Of a DNA stretch of 18,934 nucleotides, positions 1 to 7,437 are shown in pieces. The stretch lies in contig JBHHYI010000080.1 of NCBI GenBank assembly GCA_046757525.1, forward strand, positions 1 to 18,934, read 5' to 3'. Source of the stretch: a bacterium. Lineage in GTDB: Bacteria; Zhuqueibacterota; Zhuqueibacteria; Oceanimicrobiales; Oceanimicrobiaceae. The notes below the pieces were generated by a model, which saw only the letters and a program-made list of their open reading frames with translations, was not told the origin of the DNA and made no database searches. The position numbers were made by a program, and so were the translations under genes. How positions within the stretch are numbered: position 1 is the first letter of the stretch; each line of letters begins with the position of its first letter.

Positions 1-129
1 TTGGAGTGCGCAAGCCCCGCTTGCGCCTTCGGAGCACAAAATATGAGCGGGAAGCTCAGCAGCAGCCGGTCTGTTCGTATGACCCGGGCGTTGTGCCCGG
101 AAGGCTGAAGCAGGGCTTCAGCACTCCAA
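1..129. repeat. Inverted pair of REP-like palindromic units (REPIN-like doublet)
   Basis: 1-39 and the reverse complement of 91-129 match at 32/39 positions. Each arm starts TTGGAGT followed by an 8-bp hairpin (GCGCAAGC-ccc-GCTTGCGC at 8-26; GCTGAAGC-agg-GCTTCAGC at 104-122). Confidence 0.8.
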
Positions 130-203
130 GCGGTTCGCAGCGGCTGGGCTTCAGTCGAAACACAGGCGTTGCGGAATTAAGCAATTCATCCCTTACTTTC
201 TTC

Positions 204-232
204 TTGATATTCTTTCTAATATTTATTATTTT
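204..232 (+). promoter_or_regulatory. Putative sigma70 promoter for the ABC exporter genes
   Basis: TTGATA (204-209), 17-bp spacer, TATTTT (227-232) in an AT-rich tract, upstream of SD AAGGAG at 261-266. Confidence 0.5.
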
Positions 233-273
233 TTCACTCACCGATTTTCAGATTTCATTTAAGGAGTTCCCTC

Positions 274-2010
274 ATCAAAGAACTAACAAGCCTTAAGAGT
301 TATTTAGCCCGTTACAAGAGACCGATGCTTGTCGGGTGCCTGTTTGTTGTCATCACCAATGTGTTTGCTCTGCTGGTACCCTGGGTTCTGAAACAAGCCG
401 TAGACAGCCTCAAGGAAGCGGTAAACTCCACGGTTCTTCTCAAATATGCCGCATTGCTGGTTGGCGTCACCATCGTTGAAGGCGCTTTCAGGTTCTTGAT
501 GCGGCATACCATGATCGGTGTGTCTCGCAAAATCGAATACGATTTGAGAAACGACTACCTCTCCCACCTGCAGAAGCTTTCGTTGTCGTTTTATAACAAA
601 ATAAAGACCGGCGATTTGATGGCGCGTGCGACCAACGACCTGGAGGCCGTCCGTCAAGTCGTGGGACCCGCCATCATGTATTCCTTGAACACCCTGATGT
701 CCATGTCCGCATTCTTGATCATGCTGTACATAAACGTCCAGCTTACGCTCATCGCCATTATTCCTTTTCCTTTCCTGGTATTGGCTGTCAACAGAATGGC
801 CAAAAAGCTGCATCGGGCCTACAAGGGCATTCAGGCACAATATTCCAACATCACTTCGAGAGTGCAGGAAAACCTCTCGGGCATTCGCGTGGTCAAAGCC
901 TACGTTCAAGAACAACCAGAGATTGAGAGTTTCAAGAAGCTAAACAAGGAATACATCAGCAAGAACTTAGCCCTGGCCAAGATTCGCGGGTTCTTGATGG
1001 CCAGCATGACCTTTCTGGTCGGCCTGGGCATGCTCATCATTCTGTGGATTGGCGGGCGACTCGTGATCCTGGATCGACTGACGGTGGGTGAACTGGTAGC
1101 GTTCTTTGCCTACTTGGGCATGCTTACCTGGCCTATGATGGCCCTGGGTTGGGTCATCAATCTCATTCAACAAGGCTCCGCTTCCATGGGACGCATCAAC
1201 CGAATCCTGGAAACCGAGCCCGACATTAGAGACGATGTCATGACCGACAGCGGAATCCGGCAACTCGCCGGTACCATCGAATTTCAATCCGTTTCTTTTT
1301 CCTACAACGGCGTCTCGGTGTTAAGAAATATCGATCTAAAAATCGAAAAAGGCATGACCGTCGCCATTGTGGGGCCAACAGGGAGCGGCAAGTCGACCTT
1401 GATCAACCTCATTCCAAGGCTTTTAGAGGCCACCGAGGGGCGGGTGTTGGTCGACGGCGTGGACATCCGCCACATCCCGCTGCACACCTTGAGAAGCCAT
1501 ATCGGCTATGTGCCGCAAGACACGTTTTTGTTTTCCGACACGATTAAGGAAAACATTGCCTTTGGCGTGGAATCGCCCTCCATGCAGGAAATCGAAGAGG
1601 CCGCCGTGATTGCCCAAATAAGAAACGATGTGTTGGACTTGCCCGACAAATTCGAAACCATGTTGGGGGAACGCGGCATCAACCTTTCCGGCGGCCAGAA
1701 GCAGCGCACCGCCATTGCGCGCGCGGTTATTCGCAAACCCCGTATTTTGATCTTGGACGACTCTCTCTCAGCAGTGGACACTTATACCGAAGAAGAGATT
1801 CTAAAGCGGCTTCGCGCAATCATGCGGGAACGGACCAGCATCATCGTTTCACACCGCATTTCCACGGTCAAAGATGCCGATCTCATCGTGGTGCTGGAGG
1901 AGGGCGAAATCCGCGAACAAGGCACCCATGAGGAACTGTTAGAAAAAGAGGGGCTTTACGCCGACATTCATCAAAAACAGCTATTAGAGGAAGCCCTTGA
2001 GAACTTGTAA
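274..2010 (+). CDS. ABC exporter, fused TMD-NBD half transporter (MdlA/YheI-like), degenerate Walker B; probable ATC start at 274 (first ATG at 325)
   Basis: Hydrophobic N-terminal domain, Walker A GPTGSGKST, Q-loop YVPQD, signature LSGGQKQR, Walker B ILILDD (Asp replaces catalytic Glu), H-loop SHR. Frame is open upstream of ATG325; SD AAGGAG lies 7 nt before ATC274. Confidence 0.95.
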   Translation: MKELTSLKSYLARYKRPMLVGCLFVVITNVFALLVPWVLKQAVDSLKEAVNSTVLLKYAALLVGVTIVEGAFRFLMRHTMIGVSRKIEYDLRNDYLSHLQKLSLSFYNKIKTGDLMARATNDLEAVRQVVGPAIMYSLNTLMSMSAFLIMLYINVQLTLIAIIPFPFLVLAVNRMAKKLHRAYKGIQAQYSNITSRVQENLSGIRVVKAYVQEQPEIESFKKLNKEYISKNLALAKIRGFLMASMTFLVGLGMLIILWIGGRLVILDRLTVGELVAFFAYLGMLTWPMMALGWVINLIQQGSASMGRINRILETEPDIRDDVMTDSGIRQLAGTIEFQSVSFSYNGVSVLRNIDLKIEKGMTVAIVGPTGSGKSTLINLIPRLLEATEGRVLVDGVDIRHIPLHTLRSHIGYVPQDTFLFSDTIKENIAFGVESPSMQEIEEAAVIAQIRNDVLDLPDKFETMLGERGINLSGGQKQRTAIARAVIRKPRILILDDSLSAVDTYTEEEILKRLRAIMRERTSIIVSHRISTVKDADLIVVLEEGEIREQGTHEELLEKEGLYADIHQKQLLEEALENL

Positions 2011-2050
2011 CCATTCATTTGAACTTTCGCAGGGAGCATAGCGCGACACC

Positions 2051-3832
2051 ATGCATGAAGAGGAAGTTCTTGGCAAAGCCTACGACAGCAAATTGATGCG
2101 TCAATTGCTGGCTTATTTGCAACCGTACAAAGCTTTTGTGGCAACAGCCGTCATTCTCCTGCTTGGCGCATCCCTGTTGGAGTTGGCCGGTCCCTTCCTG
2201 ATCAAGATTGCGATCGACGATTATATCGCCAGGGGTGATTTTCACGGATTGCAGCTCATTGCGGCCCTGTATTTTGTGATCCTGATCTTCAGTTTTGTGC
2301 TCCAGTTTTCGCAAACCTACCTGATCAATTGGATCGGTCAGAAGGCCATGTACGACATGCGCAGCAAATTGTTTTCCCACGTGCAGAACCTATCTTTGCG
2401 TTTCTTCGATAAGAATCCGGTAGGCCGTTTGGTCACTCGCATCACCACCGACATCGAGAGTCTGCACCAAATGCTTTCTTCCGGGGCGGTGGCCATATTT
2501 GGCGACATCTTCACCTTAGCCGGCATCGTCGTGGTTCTGCTATATTTTAATTGGGAATTGGCGTTGATCACCTTTTCCGTAGTGCCGCTGCTTTTTTACG
2601 CAACCTTCCTGTTCAAGAAAAAGGTTCGCGACAATTACCGCAATATTCGCGTGCGCATTGCTCGCATCAATGCTTTTCTGCAAGAGAACATCACCGGCAT
2701 GTCTGTGGTTCAGATTTTCAATCGCGAGAACCGGAATTTCCAAAAATTCGACCGGCTCAACCAGGCCCATTTAGAATCTTATCTCACCACCATATTCTAC
2801 TACGCCCTTTTTTACCCTGGGGTGAAACTGATTAGTTCCCTCGCCGTTGCCTTGATAATCTGGTATGGCGGCGGCCGCATCATTCAAGGCACGCTCACTC
2901 TTGGAGCGCTTGTGCTGTTCATTCAGTATGCGGAGCGGTTCTTCCGGCCTATCATGGACCTTTCTGAAAAATACAACATCATGCAGTCGGCCATGGCGTC
3001 CTCCGAACGAATCTTCAGATTGCTGGAGAAAAAGCCGGAGGTCAGTTCAATCGGTGAGCACAAGGTGTTGAGAAAGGTGCGTGGAGAAATCGAGTTTCGC
3101 GACGTCTGGTTCAGCTACAACCGCAACGATTACGTCCTGAAGGGGGTCTCTTTTCATGTGAATCCGGGCGAAAAAGTTGCCTTTGTGGGTGCTACCGGCG
3201 CCGGCAAAACCACCATCATGAACCTGCTGTTGAGATTTTATGAAATCGAAAAGGGCGAAATTCTGCTTGACGGTGTAAACGTCAAGGAGCTGGATCTCCA
3301 CTTTCTGCGCCAGCAATTCAGTGTGGTATTACAAGACATTTTCATCTTTGACGGCACCGTGGCCGACAACATAAGGCTGGGAAATCGGGACATTGCTGAC
3401 GCCAGGATCAAACAGTCGGCTGAGGATGTCCACGCTTTAAAATTCATCCAGAAGCTACCCAGACAGTTCCAGGAAGAAGTGCAGGAACGGGGCCGCTCTC
3501 TTTCTGTTGGGCAGAGGCAGTTGTTGGCCTTTGCCCGGGCCCTGGCCTTTGACCCGGCAGTTTTGATCCTGGATGAAGCGACCTCAAGCGTCGACACTGA
3601 AACCGAAATTTTGATTCAAGATGCCCTCCATCGCCTCATGCAAGGGAGAACCTCCATTGTGGTAGCCCACCGCTTATCGACCATCCAAAATTCAGATCGA
3701 ATCATCGTTTTGCACAAGGGAGAAATCAGAGAGATTGGCACCCACCAGCAGTTATTGGCTCAAGGCGGTATTTATTATAAGCTTTATCAACTGCAGTATG
3801 CGGAGCAAGAACTGCAACGTCAGTGGATTTAA
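2051..3832 (+). CDS. ABC exporter, fused TMD-NBD half transporter (MdlB/YheH-like), partner subunit
   Basis: N-terminal TMD, Walker A GATGAGKTT, degenerate signature LSVGQRQ, canonical Walker B LILDEATS, H-loop AHR; 40 bp after the first subunit. Confidence 0.95.
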   Translation: MHEEEVLGKAYDSKLMRQLLAYLQPYKAFVATAVILLLGASLLELAGPFLIKIAIDDYIARGDFHGLQLIAALYFVILIFSFVLQFSQTYLINWIGQKAMYDMRSKLFSHVQNLSLRFFDKNPVGRLVTRITTDIESLHQMLSSGAVAIFGDIFTLAGIVVVLLYFNWELALITFSVVPLLFYATFLFKKKVRDNYRNIRVRIARINAFLQENITGMSVVQIFNRENRNFQKFDRLNQAHLESYLTTIFYYALFYPGVKLISSLAVALIIWYGGGRIIQGTLTLGALVLFIQYAERFFRPIMDLSEKYNIMQSAMASSERIFRLLEKKPEVSSIGEHKVLRKVRGEIEFRDVWFSYNRNDYVLKGVSFHVNPGEKVAFVGATGAGKTTIMNLLLRFYEIEKGEILLDGVNVKELDLHFLRQQFSVVLQDIFIFDGTVADNIRLGNRDIADARIKQSAEDVHALKFIQKLPRQFQEEVQERGRSLSVGQRQLLAFARALAFDPAVLILDEATSSVDTETEILIQDALHRLMQGRTSIVVAHRLSTIQNSDRIIVLHKGEIREIGTHQQLLAQGGIYYKLYQLQYAEQELQRQWI

Positions 3833-3906
3833 CCAGTAACCATTCGAGGCAGATCTCCAGATATCCAAAAAAGACTGTTTATGTCAAAAATTAAAGGATT
3901 AGTTTG

Positions 3907-4665
3907 ATGAACAAGAACACATTTTTCGTGCTCCTCATCCTAAACATGCTTGGGTGTGCCGGCATCCCCAACGTTGACGTCTCGCAATTGCAAGTCTCCG
4001 ATTCCGACAAGGAGACTGAAATCGGCAGCGACGGCAGCCAATATTTGGCTTCACTGATGGCCAGGATGCGCGGCACGCAATTCGGGGATCGACTCTTCAA
4101 AAGAAGCACTAAGGTTTACTGGCTCGTTCCCGAAGTTCATGAGATCGATTTGAAGTTGACGGCCAGGGAAGAGAATATGAGCCAGCAAGAATACCAGAGA
4201 CGCTTAGACAAACTGCGCGAAATTCACCAAGAATATTTGATCTTTTCCATAGACTTGCGCATGCCGCTGATTGCAAAATGGACAAAAGATGAGTTAATCG
4301 ACTTCTTGAAAACAAATTTGGTCATAACCCTGGACGTCGGTTCCAAGAAAGAAACCGTGCCTGAAAATACGACTTACCGAACGATCGAAAGATTCGAGGA
4401 ACAAGAGGTGCAAGACCTTTTGTCGGGCTCAAAGAATATAGAAGTGAGCATTCCGTTGCGGGTTTCGTTCAACAAAAGAACTGCAAAGGGCGACCTGATT
4501 ACGCCTTCCACCAACCGGGTGATCTTGAAACTTCGACTAAAGGAGCCCCCGCCGTTCAACATTGGAGATTTTGATGCAAGAGCTTTTCAAGGATTTCTGT
4601 GGAAAGTCACACATAAAAAAAAAGCCCCCAGCATACGCCAGGGGCCCGGAGGGAGGAAAAAATGA
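3907..4665 (+). CDS. Hypothetical lipoprotein
   Basis: ORF of about 252 aa (TTG3904/ATG3907) with SD AAGGA upstream. Signal peptide MNKNTFFVLLILNMLG-C has a lipobox-like MLGC; no domain recognised. Confidence 0.8.
   Translation: MNKNTFFVLLILNMLGCAGIPNVDVSQLQVSDSDKETEIGSDGSQYLASLMARMRGTQFGDRLFKRSTKVYWLVPEVHEIDLKLTAREENMSQQEYQRRLDKLREIHQEYLIFSIDLRMPLIAKWTKDELIDFLKTNLVITLDVGSKKETVPENTTYRTIERFEEQEVQDLLSGSKNIEVSIPLRVSFNKRTAKGDLITPSTNRVILKLRLKEPPPFNIGDFDARAFQGFLWKVTHKKKAPSIRQGPGGRKK
4615..4645 (-). terminator. Rho-independent terminator of the response regulator gene
   Basis: Minus strand reads GCCCCTGGC-gtat-GCTGGGGGC (9-bp stem, 2 G-U pairs) followed by T9, 24 nt after the regulator stop. It lies inside the 3' end of the convergent lipoprotein ORF. 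Confidence 0.8.
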
Positions 4666-4669
4666 GGTA

Positions 4670-5368
4670 TTAGAGGAAACGGTATCCTGTACCATGAATT
4701 GTCTCAATATATTGGGAAGGATATTTGTATTCTCCCAATTTTTCCCTGAGACGTTTGATATGAACATCCACTGTTCGATTAGTCACGTACACTTTTTTAC
4801 CCCATACTTTTTCTAAGATTTCTTTTCTGGAAAAGACGCTCATCCGGCGCGAGGCCAACAAATACAAAAGCTTAAATTGGATGTAGGTCAAGTCAATGGT
4901 CTTGCCGGCCTTGCTGACCTTGTGCTCATCTAAGTTGATTTCGATATCTTTAACCTTAATCTTTTTCATCTGCCCGGCAATGAGACGTCGGGTAATGGCC
5001 TTAACTCTGGCGGCTAATTCTCGGTTGCTAAAGGGTTTGGTAATAAAATCATCGGCACCAATTTCAAAACCTTTAACTTTTAGTGCATCGTCGGATTTGG
5101 AAGACAGAAACACGATCCCCACATTCCGAGTTCCCATGTCATCTTTCAACTCCATGCAGGCTTCCATGGCGCGGTCGCCGTATTGATCCAAATCGAAAAT
5201 CACGACTGAAGGCTTTTCTCTTAAGGTGGTCTCCAGAGTATTGGCAATTTCACCTAAATAGCTTGCAGAATATCCCTCTCTTTCCAGGGTACTGTCGATT
5301 CCGTTGGTTCCGTTCTTAGGCATATTGTTGCAAATCAATACATGTCCTTTATGCACCTTATCCATCAT
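4670..5368 (-). CDS. OmpR/PhoB-family response regulator with atypical receiver domain, no adjacent kinase
   Basis: REC motifs VVIFDL, IVFLSS, GADDFITKPF; winged-HTH motifs RTVDVHIKRLREKL and IETIHGTGYRF; SD GGAGG upstream. The beta1 acidic pair reads ICNN. Confidence 0.93.
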   Translation of the reverse strand: MMDKVHKGHVLICNNMPKNGTNGIDSTLEREGYSASYLGEIANTLETTLREKPSVVIFDLDQYGDRAMEACMELKDDMGTRNVGIVFLSSKSDDALKVKGFEIGADDFITKPFSNRELAARVKAITRRLIAGQMKKIKVKDIEINLDEHKVSKAGKTIDLTYIQFKLLYLLASRRMSVFSRKEILEKVWGKKVYVTNRTVDVHIKRLREKLGEYKYPSQYIETIHGTGYRFL

Positions 5369-5599
5369 GAACCTCCAAAGCTAAGTTAGAAGATTAAGAG
5401 AGTAGTTTTTAGTAAGAGCTCAGCAATGTCAAAGATAATCACACCTCATACCGAGATACGATGAGTATTCTCTGAGTAACTTCTGTCCCAAAACCCTTCC
5501 ATTTGCTTCTTGTTCAGGACAATCCGGCGATCCCGGCATGAGGCACAGATGTGCAACTTGATGTCAAAACAACAAAACTTCAACGACGGTGTTCCAATT

Positions 5600-5616
5600 A
5601 GCAACATTCATGCCAA
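5600..5616 (-). promoter_or_regulatory. Sigma54 (-24/-12) promoter facing the response regulator
   Basis: Minus strand TTGGCATGAATGTTGCT matches YTGGCA-N6-TTGCW with exact GG-N10-GC spacing, about 230 bp upstream of the regulator ATG. Confidence 0.75.
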
Positions 5617-5687
5617 CTGTCTTTTTTTTGTGACAGTTTTGTTTTTCAATCTTCACAGATCTTAGCCAGATGCCTTATCTTGTTTTG

Positions 5688-5700
5688 TTTCAAGGCCTTA
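5688..5700 (+). promoter_or_regulatory. Possible IHF-type bending site
   Basis: TTTCAAGGCCTTA matches WATCAANNNNTTR with 1 mismatch, has an AT-rich 5' flank and lies between the sigma54 promoter and the repeat array. Confidence 0.3.
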
Positions 5701-5731
5701 ATATAACTTGTGACGCTCAACATATCGGAAA

Positions 5732-5846
5732 GTGGTCAAAAATTCCACAATGGGTACGGTAAGATTCATTTGAACAATGAACAAATTATACGGTTAGAAA
5801 TCATACAAGTGGTCGAAAACAATACAACGATTCGCAATTTGATACA
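5732..5846. promoter_or_regulatory. Array of four degenerate ~18-bp repeats, candidate enhancer (UAS) sites
   Basis: GTGGTCAAAAATTCCACA (5732), ACGGTTAGAAATCATACA (5790), GTGGTCGAAAACAATACA (5809), GATTCGCAATTTGATACA (5829). The last three end in ATACA with 19-20 bp periodicity. Confidence 0.45.
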
Positions 5847-5992
5847 GTTTTCAACAGCTTCTTGAGCATTCCCACCTCTCTTGACATCTTCGGGCGCGCA
5901 GGGCTCAGAACGCCTGCCGTTCTCTTTATAATTGGCATATTTCTAACTACTTATAGGTGGTCACTCACCGATTTTTCTCTCTGGAAAAAGCC

Positions 5993-6021
5993 TTGCAACT
6001 TAGTCGAAAAAATACTATATT
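5993..6021 (+). promoter_or_regulatory. Putative sigma70 promoter of the arcE-arcC-sucCD-ndk unit
   Basis: TTGCAA (5993-5998), 17 bp, TATATT (6016-6021), about 53 bp before ATG6075. Confidence 0.6.
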
Positions 6022-6074
6022 AAAATCGATCATCCTAATGGACCAGAACACAGGAGTCAAAACAAGGAGACTGC

Positions 6075-7388
6075 ATGGGCACCAAGAAAGTCATCATCAT
6101 GGGAGCTGCTGGCAGAGACTTTCATAACTTTAACACGCGCTACAAGAACGACGAAAGGTACGAAGTCGTAGCCTTTACCGCCACACAAATCCCGGACATC
6201 GAAGGCCGAGTTTATCCGCCGGAGTTAGCGGGGCCCCTCTATCCGGATGGCATCCCCATCTTTCCCGAAACACAGCTAACAGAGCTGATCGACCAGCGTC
6301 AAGTGGACGAGGTGGTTTTCTCCTACAGCGACATTTCTCACCAATACGTCATGCACGAGGCCAGCAAAGTCAATGCCGTGGGGGCAGATTTCCTGCTGCT
6401 GAACGCCCAGAATACCATGTTGGCAAGCCCCAAACCCGTGGTGGCAATTTGTGCGGTGAGGACCGGCTCCGGCAAGAGTCAGACCACACGCAAGGTGGCG
6501 CAAATACTCAAATCTCGTGGGAAAAAATTAGTCGTGGTAAGACACCCCATGCCTTACGGTGACCTGGTCGCCCAAAAGTGTCAAAGATTTGCCACCTACG
6601 AGGACCTCAACAAACACCGCTGCACCATTGAAGAACGCGAAGAATACGAACCGCATCTTGCCATGGGAACGATTGTATACGCTGGTCTGGACTATCAGGA
6701 GATTCTGAACCAGGCCCAGGCAGAGGCAGACGTGGTCATCTGGGACGGCGGCAACAACGACACGCCCTTCTTCAAACCTGATTTGCACATCGTGGTCGCC
6801 GACCCTCTCCGACCGGGCCACGAACTCAGTTACTATCCTGGCGAGACCAACCTACGCATGGCCGATGTCGTGGTGATTAACAAAGAGACCACGGCCACCC
6901 TGGAAAATATTGAAACAGTGCGTGAAAGCATTCAGAAGACCAATCCCTCTGCAACAATCATCGATGCCGCTTCACCCATTTATATGGAAGATGCCCAACT
7001 TATTGCCGGGAAAAAAGTGCTGGCCATTGAAGACGGCCCGACCCTCACGCACGGCGAAATGAAATTCGGCGCCGCCGTGGTAGCGGCACGGAAATTCGGC
7101 GCCTCTGAAATCATCGACCCAAGACCCTTCCTATCGGGCCTGCTCAAGAAGACCTTTTCAATTTACCCGGGTATCGGCACCCTTTTGCCGGCCATGGGCT
7201 ACGGAGAGCAACAAATTAGGGACTTAGAGGCAACGATTAACGCTGCCGATTGCGACGCGGTCATCATCGGCACACCCATCGATTTGAGGAAATTAATAAC
7301 CATCAACAAACCCGCCGTGCGGGTTACCTACGAGCTGCAAGAAATCGGCAAACCCACTCTGGAAGAGGTGCTACAGAAAATCGATTAA
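6075..7388 (+). CDS. arcE: Arginine synthetase-like P-loop NTPase (COG2403; often annotated 'GTPase' or 'cyclic 2,3-diphosphoglycerate synthase')
   Basis: Motifs MGAAGRDFHNFN, AFTATQIP, P-loop RTGSGKSQT, RHPMPYGDL, TIEEREEYEPH, WDGGNND, EDGPTLTHG, LPAMGY, recognised as the ArcE-type branch of the family; directly upstream of carbamate kinase. Confidence 0.8.
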   Translation: MGTKKVIIMGAAGRDFHNFNTRYKNDERYEVVAFTATQIPDIEGRVYPPELAGPLYPDGIPIFPETQLTELIDQRQVDEVVFSYSDISHQYVMHEASKVNAVGADFLLLNAQNTMLASPKPVVAICAVRTGSGKSQTTRKVAQILKSRGKKLVVVRHPMPYGDLVAQKCQRFATYEDLNKHRCTIEEREEYEPHLAMGTIVYAGLDYQEILNQAQAEADVVIWDGGNNDTPFFKPDLHIVVADPLRPGHELSYYPGETNLRMADVVVINKETTATLENIETVRESIQKTNPSATIIDAASPIYMEDAQLIAGKKVLAIEDGPTLTHGEMKFGAAVVAARKFGASEIIDPRPFLSGLLKKTFSIYPGIGTLLPAMGYGEQQIRDLEATINAADCDAVIIGTPIDLRKLITINKPAVRVTYELQEIGKPTLEEVLQKID

Positions 7389-7437
7389 TGATATGAATCG
7401 CGAATTCAAAGTGTTTAAATAAGACGGTAGGGAATCG

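Noticed and set aside
6..296. 96-aa (+) and 61-aa (-) ORFs at the left edge
   Set aside because: They run through the palindromic repeat and T-rich promoter tract; the apparent hydrophobic stretch is translated T-rich DNA.
304..3597. Antisense and alternate-frame ORFs over the ABC genes
   Set aside because: Shadow ORFs of well-supported genes with no recognisable motifs.
5429..5539. 36-codon minus-strand ORF (MPGSPDCPEQ...) in the regulator leader
   Set aside because: No SD and no recognisable features; its length is expected by chance.
5732..5846. Repeat array as a CRISPR remnant
   Set aside because: Units are short, degenerate and nearly abutting, with no spacers and no cas genes.
5881..5932. 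Perfect TTGACA (5881) and TATAAT (5927)
   Set aside because: They are 40 bp apart, so not one promoter, and neither has a correctly spaced partner.
6075..7388. Annotation as cyclic 2,3-diphosphoglycerate synthetase
   Set aside because: The GAAGRDFHNFN N-terminus and adjacent carbamate kinase fit the ArcE branch, and no 2-phosphoglycerate kinase is nearby. A phylogeny is still needed.
7393..7422. Mini-ORF MNREFKVFK between arcE and arcC
   Set aside because: Nine codons, no SD, no attenuator structure.
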